64,000 nt of DNA from an uncultured delta proteobacterium. Its GTDB lineage: Bacteria; Desulfobacterota; Binatia; UBA9968. The notes under the pieces are model-generated. The model had not been told where the DNA came from and searched no databases. It saw nothing but the letters and a program-made list of their open reading frames with translations. The DNA lies in assembly GCA_963840855.1 (NCBI GenBank), contig CAWJBB010000065.1, positions 1-64,000 of the forward strand, written 5' to 3'. The number at the start of each line of letters is the position of its first letter. The first letter of the stretch is position 1. The position numbers were made by a program, and so were the translations under genes. This document shows positions 20,733 through 30,195 of this stretch, piece after piece.

Positions 20733-21824
20733 CTAGCCTCCGGCCGGCTGTTGCGGATCGGCCGTTTCGGCCGCTTCAACTTCGCCGTCGATCCATGCCG
20801 TGAGCAACTTATGGGCCACTGCGAGGACCACTGGACCGACGAAAATGCCGATGAGCCCGAAGGCCAACAGACCACCGATCACGCCGGCAAAAATAAGGAG
20901 CAACGGCAGATCCGCGCCGCGCTTGATAAGGATCGGGCGCAGAAAATTATCCATCGTCACCGCAACGACGCCACAGACTAGCAAGAATGTTCCCCAAATC
21001 GTGCTGCCGACCCAATAAAGCCAGAGCACTGCCGGCGCGAGCACGAGCAGCGGCCCGAGCTGGGCGATACAAAGAATAAACACCACCGCGGTAAGAACTG
21101 CAGCGAATGGAACGCCGGCGAGTAAAAGGCCGATGCCGGCTAAGAGCGACTGCGCGAGCGCCGTTCCAACGATCCCCAGGGCGACGCCGCGGATCGTCTG
21201 GCCGGCGAGAAGCACCGCGTTTTCTCCGCCGGCTCCCGCGAGGCGACGTCCGAACCGCACGATCCGCTCGCTGGCATATTCGCCGTTGGCATACATGGCG
21301 GCCGCCAGAACTACCGTCAGCAGGAACTGCACGAATAATACGCCGATGTTGCCTAACTGGGCCACGAACCACGTAATGACAATGCCTACGTAAGGCGCAG
21401 CCTTGGCGGCAATATCCTGGATGCCCGCGGCAGCAGCGTACCGCCACGCCTCCACCGCCGCTCCGCCGATGAGCGGCAGCCCGCTCAGCCACTCCGGCGT
21501 CGGCGCCATCGTGAAGTTCTGCAGAGACTTCGCCCATTCGGCGATCTCATCGACGTTAGCGACGATGGTGCCGATAGCCAAGCTTAGCGGCACCACCAGA
21601 ACTGCGAGGAGGAGGAATGTCATCGCTGCAACCGCCAGCCATCGCTTGCCCCACAACCAGGCTTCGATCACCCTCATGAAAGGCCAGGTCGCTACCACGA
21701 TCGTCGCCGCCCAGACGACCGCCCCGAGGAACGGGCGCAGAATCCAAATCGCGGATCCCATCAGAGCGACGATAAAGAACACCGCGAGTACGATCCGGGT
21801 AAGGTCACGCTGTATCTCGGCCAT
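20733..21824 (-). CDS. ydiK: AI-2E family transporter YdiK
   Basis: ILRPFLGAVVWAATIVVATWP, IRGVALG, DNFLRPILIKRGADLP, GLIGIFVGPV. Confidence 0.9.
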   Translation of the reverse strand: MAEIQRDLTRIVLAVFFIVALMGSAIWILRPFLGAVVWAATIVVATWPFMRVIEAWLWGKRWLAVAAMTFLLLAVLVVPLSLAIGTIVANVDEIAEWAKSLQNFTMAPTPEWLSGLPLIGGAAVEAWRYAAAAGIQDIAAKAAPYVGIVITWFVAQLGNIGVLFVQFLLTVVLAAAMYANGEYASERIVRFGRRLAGAGGENAVLLAGQTIRGVALGIVGTALAQSLLAGIGLLLAGVPFAAVLTAVVFILCIAQLGPLLVLAPAVLWLYWVGSTIWGTFLLVCGVVAVTMDNFLRPILIKRGADLPLLLIFAGVIGGLLAFGLIGIFVGPVVLAVAHKLLTAWIDGEVEAAETADPQQPAGG

Positions 21825-22085
21825 GGCCCACACCTCCGCTAATTTCTCTCGCTCACGGCTCCTTCGGTGCCTCTGTTTCGAAAGCCTGTACACCTCGACA
21901 GTGGCTTGCGGAAAATTTACCGAAGGTCTTTGCACTTAGGCTACGGGCGCTGAGGACCCTTGATAAGACTGCTGAGCTTCGAACAGCAGGAACGTCCGGC
22001 ACGGCTGAGTCGTCCGGGAATCAGGCCGCGAGGAAACTTCTTCTTCCGGTTCCGTATTGTTATCGCTCGGCGCCGGTTATTCGCG

Positions 22086-22727
22086 TCATTTGATCCACCC
22101 CTGGCGCCTGTAATATTCAGCTATCCGATTCGCCATTTGTCCCGCCGTCTTTTTGGCATCACTGGCGATTGCGGCGTCGAGCGTGGCACCCGGTGTGGGC
22201 TTCAGATTGCTCGATGTAGTGATATCCGTTTCCGCCACAAGTCGCAGATTGTACCCGGTTCCTTGGAAGATCTGCATCCGAGCGCGCACCTGGCCGCCGC
22301 CGAGACCGAAACCAACCAGTGTGGATCCATCTTTTTGGCTCGTGCGCAGAAATCTTCCTTTGATCGACGCTGTGTTCAGTCCAGGCGATCCCGACTCGCT
22401 GGCGCGGTATGCATCAATGCCTCCCCTCCGGAGTTCTTCGACAAGACTGTCGGTAAGCGACTTCGCAAATGCTTTTCCTGTCCGGATGTCCTCTTGAGAC
22501 TGCGCCTCCGCGCCGGTGCCACCCGCAGCCTGAGGATCCAGGCCTCCTATAACTTCCAACTCGGAAGGCGTGACTGCCAAATCATAGACCAGGATACGAT
22601 CGGGCGGCGGCAGCCCTTCCGCCGCGCGAATCGTCGGCGCCACGGTCGTTTCCGCGCACCCGGCGAGGAGAAGCGCAGCCAACCCAATCGTCGTGATTGC
22701 TTGCAGATTTCGGCGGAAAGCGTACAT
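22086..22727 (-). CDS. DUF4410-like lipoprotein
   Basis: Lipobox LAGC, PPDRILVYDLAV, VGFGLG, ends YRRQGWIK; paralogous to 19645-20355. Confidence 0.82.
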   Translation of the reverse strand: MYAFRRNLQAITTIGLAALLLAGCAETTVAPTIRAAEGLPPPDRILVYDLAVTPSELEVIGGLDPQAAGGTGAEAQSQEDIRTGKAFAKSLTDSLVEELRRGGIDAYRASESGSPGLNTASIKGRFLRTSQKDGSTLVGFGLGGGQVRARMQIFQGTGYNLRLVAETDITTSSNLKPTPGATLDAAIASDAKKTAGQMANRIAEYYRRQGWIK

Positions 22728-22805
22728 GAAGATCCTCCTTCAGAGTCGGCTGCCGATTTCGGTCACTCAAATCGATATGCGTGTTTCCACCGATGGATTG
22801 CTGCC

Positions 22806-23309
22806 TCAGCGGGCAAGCGGTTGGATCATGCTTCGCCGCGTGCTGTCGAGCTGGCGCTGCATCTCCTCCTTCATCACGCGATCGGCGGCTTCCCTTTGTC
22901 GCACAATCTTGGCCATGTTTGCCTCCTCAATCCGGTCGATCTCCTCGAGAAGCTCCTGGACGCGCGCCCGCCGCTGCGCGCGGGTGATTTTGCCAGCGGC
23001 AATGCTCGCGGTCATTTCACGATCCTCAGCGATCGCCTTGCGGTACACCTCGGGGGTCTGGCTGTTCGGAATCAGGTACTTTCCCACGCCCTGATAGACG
23101 CATTCCCTCCACTCACGCTCGCCCGCGCCGAGGACATGGGGCCCAAGGCCGGAAGCGGCATCGGGATCGTAGCCATAGCGCGCCGTGCATTGCCCACGGT
23201 ATGCATCGAGATCCTGGCGGGCGGCGGCGATGTCCTTGGGCGGGGTCGTGACGCACGCTGCGACCGACACCGCCAAGACAGCCGCTGTCAGGGTCTCCTT
23301 CAGGCTCAT
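22806..23309 (-). CDS. Hypothetical lipoprotein
   Basis: Lipobox VAAC; helical C-terminus; co-oriented with neighbours. Confidence 0.75.
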   Translation of the reverse strand: MSLKETLTAAVLAVSVAACVTTPPKDIAAARQDLDAYRGQCTARYGYDPDAASGLGPHVLGAGEREWRECVYQGVGKYLIPNSQTPEVYRKAIAEDREMTASIAAGKITRAQRRARVQELLEEIDRIEEANMAKIVRQREAADRVMKEEMQRQLDSTRRSMIQPLAR

Positions 23310-23387
23310 TGCCGGGCCTTTCGTTATCCGACTACCTGCTGCAAGCGGTTGAGTGGCTCGCGGAGCAGTCCATCCGCGGGCGCGACG

Positions 23388-24101
23388 TTACTTAACGGCC
23401 GGCGCGACTCCCTCAGACCCAACACTAATCGTGTCTTTATAGACGAGAATCTCGACCCGGCGGTTCTTCGCGCGGCCTGCTTCTGTGACATTATCTGCCA
23501 CAGGCGCCGTCTCGCCGTAAGAAATAGTGGCAAGTCGGGAGGGATCGATTTTCTTCGAAGTGGTGAGATAATCCGCGGCATTCTCCGCCCTCAGTCTGGC
23601 CAGCGCGTAATTAAAGCGCTCGTCGCCGACGTTATCGGCATGGCCCGCCAAGACGAACACAAGACCGCTGGTGCCGTCGGGCTCACCTTTCAGATCACTG
23701 AGAAAACCATCGATTTCTTTTTTGGCCTGACTGGTGAGAACCGTCGAATTGGATGCGAAGAACGCGCCTTGCTTCAAATCGAGCACCAATTTTCTGTCAA
23801 GCTTCAGCCGCTGTATGCCGTCCAAAGCCCGGTCCGCCTTGGCTGTGGTCTGGCCAAGCTGCGCCTGGAGGTCGACTATCTGCTTTGCCATTTGTTCAAC
23901 TCGACCCTCAACACCTGACACCCGTTGCCCCGTCTGGGTGATGTTGGCTTCGTTGTCAGCGACTCTCTTTTCAATCGGCAACAGTTGCTCTGGGACCCAG
24001 GTTTCGACCCAGTCTCGCGTCGCCACGCAACCGGAGACAAATAGCATCGAAGAAATAACTAACAGGGAAATTTCCTTCCCAAAAACGTATGAACCCCTCA
24101 T
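23388..24101 (-). CDS. OmpA-family lipoprotein with coiled-coil linker
   Basis: Lipobox VSGC; GHADNVGDERFNYALARLRAE, SYGETAP, GRAKNRRVEI. Confidence 0.92.
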   Translation of the reverse strand: MRGSYVFGKEISLLVISSMLFVSGCVATRDWVETWVPEQLLPIEKRVADNEANITQTGQRVSGVEGRVEQMAKQIVDLQAQLGQTTAKADRALDGIQRLKLDRKLVLDLKQGAFFASNSTVLTSQAKKEIDGFLSDLKGEPDGTSGLVFVLAGHADNVGDERFNYALARLRAENAADYLTTSKKIDPSRLATISYGETAPVADNVTEAGRAKNRRVEILVYKDTISVGSEGVAPAVK

Positions 24102-24267
24102 AAGATTTTCTCCTCTGGATAGTAATTACCTGATCGGCGGAGTGACCCTACCAAATGGAGCACTCCTGCGTCTATTGGCCTTTGGTGCAATACGGCGCTA
24201 GTGAACCGTAACAGTTACATAGCGTTTGCCGCAAGAAATTGCCCGATTACTGTTAACTCTTTTTTAT

Positions 24268-24405
24268 TCTCCTTCGCCGAATACCTCGCAGCTTGCTGCG
24301 AGGATGAAGGTGAGGAGAACCCTCCGTAGCCTTGGCGAAGGAGGGTTGAAGGGCTTCGAAGAATTTCGCAAAGATACCTCGGAGCTTTGCTCCGAGGAGC
24401 TTCAT
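24268..24405 (+). mobile_element. IS200/IS605-derived miniature element (PATE-like), copy A
   Basis: TTTAT|tctcc..AATA+hairpin cctcgcagc-tt-gctgcgagg ... GATA+hairpin cctcggagc-ttt-gctccgagg-agcTTCAT; no ORF. Confidence 0.8.
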
Positions 24406-24585
24406 TCTCCTTCGCCGAATACCGCGCAGCTTGCTGCGAGGATGAAGGTGAGGAGAACCCTCCGTAGCCTTGGCGCCCGGCCTTCGCAGCCGAAGCGACT
24501 GCTTCGGCGGAGTAGGCAAGGAGGGTTGAAGGGCTTCGAAGAATTTCGCAAAGATACCTCGGAGCTTTGCTCCGAGGAGCTTCAT
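24406..24585 (+). mobile_element. PATE-like element, copy B (tandem; carries an extra ~42-bp internal hairpin)
   Basis: Same sequence as copy A with an internal gcagccgaagcgactgcttcggc insert; supplies the pqiC TGA. Confidence 0.8.
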
Positions 24586-25211
24586 TTTCTTTTCTCATAT
24601 ATCGCGCTGACGGCATTAGCAATCTCGCGACTCAGATCTCCGACAGCGTCACTCAGGGCGGCCACGGCACCATCGGTCGATTTTTCTTTTGCGTTGCGAG
24701 TAACGCGTGACTCTTTGACAACAGCCACTTTCCTGTCTGCGTCATCCAGGACAGACCAGCGCGCAAACAATTGACCATTGCGTTCACTGTTGGCCTCAAA
24801 GCGGAGCACTTCGATTTCGACCTGGTAGCGCGGCCGATTGGCGAGTGACCATGGATAGATTACGATCAGATCCGTGTTCAGGAGCAGCGCAAGATTTTGC
24901 GACAAAACTCGGGAAAAATTTTCTTCTAGCGGTTCCGCCCATCGGTCGTTCTCAGAGACATCAAATCTATTCTGAGCGCTTCGCACGACTATTTCCTGAC
25001 GATCGAGATAGCCGGGAAACTTGATCGGGCCGATGCCGAGAAACATCTTTTCCGGCGTGGTTGAATTTTTCAGCGAGGCTTGTTCCACCTGCGGCAGCGA
25101 AGATAGGGTGAAAAACCTCGAGGGATCGGGCCTTGGCGAGAAAGTGCCACAGCCCGCCAGCGACAGACCTGCGACTGCAATCCCTAATATTGAGTTGATC
25201 GACCGATTCAT
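24582..25211 (-). CDS. pqiC: PqiC-family ABC auxiliary lipoprotein
   Basis: Lipobox LAGC; GIGPIKFPGYLDRQEIV, RWAEPL. Confidence 0.88.
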   Translation of the reverse strand: MNRSINSILGIAVAGLSLAGCGTFSPRPDPSRFFTLSSLPQVEQASLKNSTTPEKMFLGIGPIKFPGYLDRQEIVVRSAQNRFDVSENDRWAEPLEENFSRVLSQNLALLLNTDLIVIYPWSLANRPRYQVEIEVLRFEANSERNGQLFARWSVLDDADRKVAVVKESRVTRNAKEKSTDGAVAALSDAVGDLSREIANAVSAIYEKRK

Positions 25212-26218
25212 TTCCCCTCCTGCAACTCCGGTTTACCGAAGATCAGAGCCCGAGGGTTTCGTTCAATGGAATTTGACAGCAGGCGCAGGGAGCGAGCTGC
25301 GGCGGAGACTTCTCGAAGACTCTTGCCAAGCTCGTAAAAGGTGGCAGACTCCGGATCGCTGAGACCGCGGATATTGATCATCGCCGCCTCGGCTTCCTTG
25401 AGAGCGGCGTCCGTCTGCTTCAGGGTCATGCCGGCTTGCTGCATCGCTCCGCGAGCCGCGTCTGAAGTCTGCTGAAGATTTGTTGATAGAGTTGTAATAT
25501 TGGCGTCCAGACTGCTGGTCATTTTGCGAATCTCAACGATCGCATCATCAATCTTCGGCATGGTTCGATCGAGTCTTTGCAGAGCGGATTTTAACTCCGG
25601 TGAGTTGACCACCTGGTTAATCCCGCCGACTGTTCCTTCGAGAGATTTTATCAGCCCTTTTAAATCGATTTCTTCGAGTTTGTTAATAATGCGAGTAACC
25701 GCATCCTGGGCTTGTTCAAGGGTAGTGGGTGTGGTTGGGATTTCCGGATATTTGTGATCGCTGCCGGTTTGCTGAACGAGATTCACCGGAGTCCCGGGAA
25801 AAAAATCGAGGCCGACGTAGAGCAATCCCGTGACCAGGCTTTCCGTAAGGAGCTGCCCGCGGAGCCCCAGGTCAGTAATGGCCTTGCGGAACGCTTCTCG
25901 GTCCTCGGCAATCGTGCCGGCTGCTCCCCTTGCCGTGAGCTTCTCCAGGTCGATCTCGATGATCACCGGGATACTCGCGACCTGAGTATCTTTCTCGAGC
26001 TGGAGCACGATATTCTTGACCGAGCCAATCTCCACGCCTTTGAACTTTACCGGCGCACCGACACGCAGACCATTGACCGAAGTCTCAAAATACAGCACGA
26101 ACTCTCTGGTCTGCTTAAACAGTCGTCCGGAGCCGAAGACGATGATCGCGATCACGAGCAGAGCGATGGCGCCGATGACAAAAGCGCCGATGAGCGTCGG
26201 GCTGATCTTTTTATTCAT
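25208..26218 (-). CDS. mlaD: MCE/MlaD-family protein
   Basis: N-terminal TM; SVNGLRVGAPVKFKGVEIGSV, ESLVTGLLYV; helical tail ending ERNPRALIFGK. Confidence 0.92.
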   Translation of the reverse strand: MNKKISPTLIGAFVIGAIALLVIAIIVFGSGRLFKQTREFVLYFETSVNGLRVGAPVKFKGVEIGSVKNIVLQLEKDTQVASIPVIIEIDLEKLTARGAAGTIAEDREAFRKAITDLGLRGQLLTESLVTGLLYVGLDFFPGTPVNLVQQTGSDHKYPEIPTTPTTLEQAQDAVTRIINKLEEIDLKGLIKSLEGTVGGINQVVNSPELKSALQRLDRTMPKIDDAIVEIRKMTSSLDANITTLSTNLQQTSDAARGAMQQAGMTLKQTDAALKEAEAAMINIRGLSDPESATFYELGKSLREVSAAARSLRLLSNSIERNPRALIFGKPELQEGK

Positions 26219-26991
26219 ACTCTTTCCTCTTCGCCGCGGGTCAAAAAGCGGCGCACCGTAGGGTTCTGCGAATTGGCCCGGAGCTCCTTGGGGTCGCCGC
26301 CGGCGATCATAGTCCGCGTTTCCGCATCGAGAAAGACGCTGTTGTTGCCGATAGTGAAAATGCTCGCCAGCTCGTGGGTGACCGCGACGACGGTGGCGCC
26401 CAGACTGTCGCGCAGTTCCAGAATGAGATCGTCGAGCAAACGCGAGCTGATAGGATCGAGACCAGCGGAAGGCTCGTCGAAGAATAATATCTCCGGATCC
26501 AGCGCCATGGCGCGAGCCAGACCGGCGCGCTTCTGCATACCACCACTGATCTGGGACGGATAGTAGTCTTCGAAACCTTTCAGGCCGACGAGCGCAAGCT
26601 TCAGCGATGCGACGTCTCGGATCTCCTCAGCATTGAGATCGGTGTACTCCCCGAGCGCCAAACCGACGTTTTCCGCGAGTGTCATCGAGCTCCACAGCGC
26701 GCCGCTTTGAAACAACACGCCCATGCGTCGGACCATCTGCTGGCGTTGGGCCGGGTCGGCCTTTGTGAAATTTTCTTCGCCGTATAAGATTTCTCCCCGC
26801 GCCGGTTCATTAAGGCCAATCAGGTGCCTTAAAAGCGTGCTCTTACCGCAGCCGCTACCGCCCATGATGATGAAGACATCGCCATGATTGATAGTAAAGT
26901 TGAGATCGCGCATCAATACGAAGCTGCCGTACGCCATTGTGAGATTGCTCACCGTGATGTGCGCTTTACCATTCGGCGATTCCACTGCCAT
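26215..26991 (-). CDS. mlaF: MlaF-family ABC ATPase
   Basis: Walker A GGSGCGKS, ISGGMQKRAGLARA, FFDEPSAGLDP. Confidence 0.95.
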   Translation of the reverse strand: MAVESPNGKAHITVSNLTMAYGSFVLMRDLNFTINHGDVFIIMGGSGCGKSTLLRHLIGLNEPARGEILYGEENFTKADPAQRQQMVRRMGVLFQSGALWSSMTLAENVGLALGEYTDLNAEEIRDVASLKLALVGLKGFEDYYPSQISGGMQKRAGLARAMALDPEILFFDEPSAGLDPISSRLLDDLILELRDSLGATVVAVTHELASIFTIGNNSVFLDAETRTMIAGGDPKELRANSQNPTVRRFLTRGEEERV

Positions 26992-27010
26992 CGTCTGTAA
27001 TCACTCCCAC

Positions 27011-27038
27011 TTTGAACCTTGAACGTTGAACTTTGAAC
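27011..27038. repeat. Heptamer tandem repeat (ttgaacN)x4
   Basis: tttgaaccttgaacgttgaactttgaac in the mlaE-mlaF spacer. Confidence 0.7.
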
Positions 27039-27056
27039 CGCATCAAGGTCTCTAGC

Positions 27057-28196
27057 TCAGATTCCCAGCACATAAAACACCACCGCAAAGACGCCGCAGG
27101 CGACGACAATGGCGACGATTCCCGTAACCACGGCGGACGTCGCTGCATCGCCCACCGCCGAAGAACTGTTACCGCATTGAATACCCCGCAAGCAACCCGC
27201 AAGGGCGATCAAAACGCCGTAAACCGTGCTCTTGAACACACCGCCAAAAACGTCCGTCAGGCTGATGGAATTTGCGGTCTGGCGAAAATAAGTGGTCCAG
27301 GAAAGATCGAGCATGCCAACGCCGATCGCGGCGCCGCCCAAGACGCCGACAAAATCCGAATAAAGACAAAGCAGGGGCATCATCAACACGAGGGCGATCA
27401 CCCGCGGCAGCACGAGGAATTCCAGCGGCGAAAAACCCATGGTGGTAAAAGCGTCGATCTCCTGGGTCACTTTCATCGTCCCCAGCTGGGCGGCGAAGGC
27501 CGCGCCGGTGCGTCCCGCCATGATAATGCCCGTCATCATCGCGCCCATCTCACGGATCATGGCGATGCCGACGAGATCGGCGACGTAGATTTGCGCGCCG
27601 AACTGCTTTAACTGCACGGCACCGACGAAGGCGAGAATCACGCCCACTAAAAAGCTAATCAATGTCACGATCGGCAGCGCTTGCGCGCCGGACTGCTGGA
27701 TCAAAAGAAAAAGGTCGACGGCTCGAAAGCGAACATTCATGCGGAAGAGCTTGATGAAGGTGAGGGTCATCTCGCCGAGAAATTTCAGCATCTCGCCGAG
27801 AGAAGAGCCTGCGCCGATAGCGCTATTGCCCACCCGTTCGAGAAATGGTATTTCGGCGGCTTCTTGACGCGCGCCTTTTTTTTCCGGCACAGCTTCGGCC
27901 AAATTCAAGAGTCTCTGCACCCCGGCTGGCAGGCCGGCGCGGTCTACGTTGATGCCATTCCGGCGGCAGTATTCGGAAAGCTCAACCAGAAAAGTCAGAA
28001 CGCTGCTGTCCCAAGAAGTAAGCTCTCGGGCCTCGAAAGCGATCTGTCGCACCTGGGGCGCCGATTCAAGTTGGCGCTGGACCAGGTCTGCGGAGGGCAG
28101 CCCTCCGCGCAAGCGCCAGGCTCCCGCTATTTGAATCTCGAGCGTGCCATCACCGGTTTGCTTGAATGAGAGACCGCCTCGTGCCGCTGTGCTCAT
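27057..28196 (-). CDS. mlaE: MlaE-family ABC permease with N-terminal STAS-like domain
   Basis: REMGAMMTGIIMAGRTGAAFAAQLGTMKVTQEIDA, VGDAATSAVV. Confidence 0.93.
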   Translation of the reverse strand: MSTAARGGLSFKQTGDGTLEIQIAGAWRLRGGLPSADLVQRQLESAPQVRQIAFEARELTSWDSSVLTFLVELSEYCRRNGINVDRAGLPAGVQRLLNLAEAVPEKKGARQEAAEIPFLERVGNSAIGAGSSLGEMLKFLGEMTLTFIKLFRMNVRFRAVDLFLLIQQSGAQALPIVTLISFLVGVILAFVGAVQLKQFGAQIYVADLVGIAMIREMGAMMTGIIMAGRTGAAFAAQLGTMKVTQEIDAFTTMGFSPLEFLVLPRVIALVLMMPLLCLYSDFVGVLGGAAIGVGMLDLSWTTYFRQTANSISLTDVFGGVFKSTVYGVLIALAGCLRGIQCGNSSSAVGDAATSAVVTGIVAIVVACGVFAVVFYVLGI

Positions 28197-28381
28197 TTTC
28201 CGTTACGTTGGCATTTTAGCTTGATGATCATTCCGGCGGGGCCCAAGGTGAGCTGCGTTCCCGTTGCTCGGACGAAACCGTAATCACGACCCCTTTGTCG
28301 TTTATTAGCACCAGCTGACCACCAGCGCTACCTACGACGAAAGTGGCTGCTGATTCCACGTCGAATTGTTGTAGACAAATT

Positions 28382-28789
28382 TCAATCTTTCTGTTCCTGA
28401 CCGGCACCGCGTTTTAGCGCTGCGTTCAACTTCTTGATCAAGAGCTCGTCGTTGAATGGCTTACGGACAAAGGCCAGGGCCCCGGCCGCCAGCGCTTGTT
28501 CGCGCACACCGACTTCGTCGTGAGCGGTAATAAAAATGACCGGAAACCGGTGACCGCGTCTCGTCAGTCGTTCTTGCACCTCAAGACCGTTCAGACCCGG
28601 CATCTGCACGTCAAGGACGACGCAGTCGACAGGTCGCGACGGTATCGATTCGATGAAATCAATGAACTGCTGGCCAGAGCTAAACGTATCCGCGTCCATC
28701 CCCAGCGAACGTACGAGACGCTTGATGGCGCGGCAAACGGATTCATCGTCATCCACGATGGCAATAAGTGGTTTCGACTGACTCAACAT
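28382..28789 (-). CDS. Single-domain response regulator
   Basis: IVDDD, LDVQMPG, FITAH, KPF. Confidence 0.92.
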   Translation of the reverse strand: MLSQSKPLIAIVDDDESVCRAIKRLVRSLGMDADTFSSGQQFIDFIESIPSRPVDCVVLDVQMPGLNGLEVQERLTRRGHRFPVIFITAHDEVGVREQALAAGALAFVRKPFNDELLIKKLNAALKRGAGQEQKD

Positions 28790-28882
28790 CCACGTTCTCC
28801 GTGCAATATTGGGATCGAGAGCGTGATGCTCCTGTCCAATTGCGCTCGGGAACGAATCTAACGAAAAGCTGAGAGGCTGTAT

Positions 28883-28900
28883 ATTGGACCTTGGTCCAAT
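28883..28900. promoter_or_regulatory. Perfect palindromic operator candidate
   Basis: attggacc-tt-ggtccaat upstream of the receiver gene and downstream of the FixJ-type regulator. Confidence 0.55.
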
Positions 28901-28912
28901 GGGGGCGGCGAA

Positions 28913-28983
28913 ACAGGTGTCAGCTGTCGGGGTTCAGGTTTCAGGTTAAGAGACTTCCGATCCTGAAACCTGACACCTGAAAC
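28913..28983. repeat. Inverted arrays of tcaggt(g/t)(t) heptamers
   Basis: caggtgtcag..ttcaggtttcagg ... cctgaaacctgacacctgaaac; the same units occur at 29617-29647, 29999-30033 and 30164-30183. Confidence 0.7.
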
Positions 28984-28993
28984 TCGATATCTG

Positions 28994-29614
28994 TTACGCT
29001 TTGCCGATTCCTACGCGTTCGGCAAGCCGCACCAGTTCGGCGAGCGACCCAGCCTGCATTTTTTCCATCACTCTCGCCCGGTGGACTTTGATGGTTTTTT
29101 CTACGGTGCCGAGCTCGAAAGCGATCAGTTTGTTTGCCATTCCGCCCGCGACCAGAGCCATCACTTCGCGCTCACGCGGGGTCAATTTTTTCACTCGACT
29201 TTGGACGCTTTCTAGTTCCTCCTGTTCGGCACGCTCACGGATAGCGCGAGCGAGAGCTTGTTTAATGGCTTGCAAGAGGTCTTCGGCCTGAACCGGCTTG
29301 GGCAGGAAATCCACAGCGCCGGCCTTCATCGCTTTTACGCTCATAGGGACGTCGCCGTAGCCGGTGACGAAAATGATGGGAAGGATAAGATCCCTAAACT
29401 GTAATTCACGCTGGAGGTCTATTCCGCTAAGACCCGGCATGCGAACGTCGAGGACGAGACAGGCCGCACCCGCCGCTTGAGGTTGCCGTTCAAGGAAGTC
29501 GCGAGCCGAGGCGAAGGTATCGATTTGGTAGCCTGCGGATTTTATCAGACGCGCCAACGCTCGTCGCACAGAGGGGTCGTCGTCGACGAGAAAAACGGTG
29601 GAGGAGGAATACAT
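28994..29614 (-). CDS. FixJ/TodT/NodW-type LuxR response regulator
   Basis: Receiver domain + LTPREREVM...GMANKLIAFELGTVEKTIKVHRARVMEKM HTH. Confidence 0.94.
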   Translation of the reverse strand: MYSSSTVFLVDDDPSVRRALARLIKSAGYQIDTFASARDFLERQPQAAGAACLVLDVRMPGLSGIDLQRELQFRDLILPIIFVTGYGDVPMSVKAMKAGAVDFLPKPVQAEDLLQAIKQALARAIRERAEQEELESVQSRVKKLTPREREVMALVAGGMANKLIAFELGTVEKTIKVHRARVMEKMQAGSLAELVRLAERVGIGKA

Positions 29615-29641
29615 GAGGTTTCAAGTGTCAGGTGTCAGGTT

Positions 29642-29905
29642 TCAGGTCGCAGGCGAGCCGGGGTCATCGAGTTCAACGCTGTTGGTATGGATCTCTGAAT
29701 GTTCTTTCACGACCCATCGACGCTCTCCCTCCGGAAGTTTCCGCTCAAGTGTGTTCTCCAAGCCATTCAGCATCCGACTGCATTCCTTATATCTCGTGCG
29801 GAAGGACTCATAAACATCGGACCCGATATAACCCTTCTCCTTTGCCATGAAGAGCGGGTGTATCGTTTCCGCTGCCTCGTCTCGACTGCGATTCACTCCC
29901 TCGAT
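29642..29905 (-). pseudogene. Four-helix-bundle protein (23S rRNA IVS-protein-like) C-terminal remnant
   Basis: IEGVNRSRDEAAETIHPLFMAKEKGYI...ECSRMLNGLENTL; N-terminus absent; flanked by heptamer repeats. Confidence 0.65.
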
Positions 29906-30195
29906 CTTGTTACGGACATGACGTAGTCGACGGGCAGTGCGATTTTACGACTAGCCTCGAACAAAAATCAAATGCGAGATCCTTCGTATTCCGGCGGTTC
30001 AGGATGCCAGGTGACGAGTGTCGGGTGTCAAGGTGGCCGGCTCAAGGGGCCCCTCCTCCCTCTTCCCTCTTCTCCGCCGGCACCGTGAAGTAAAACGTCG
30101 CGCCCCGATCGCTGTTGTTCATGCATCGTCGTTTTTCTTTTCGTCTCCGAAAACCGCCTCTCATGAAACCTGACACCTGAAACCCTATGTTCCCA

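Noticed and set aside
21960-23918. 652-aa plus-strand ORF
   Set aside because: Antisense shadow of three recognisable lipoprotein genes; Arg-rich, with no motifs.
24266-24585. Possible CRISPR array
   Set aside because: Units are ~140-180 bp tandem element copies without unique spacers; no cas genes.
24215-24774. ORFs such as MKLLGAKLRGI... (also 40504, 42544, 54248, 59042)
   Set aside because: Translations of the miniature repeat element, not genes.
29642-29905. Diversity-generating retroelement (Avd-like 4HB)
   Set aside because: No reverse transcriptase, and no TR/VR pair with adenine-specific mismatches.
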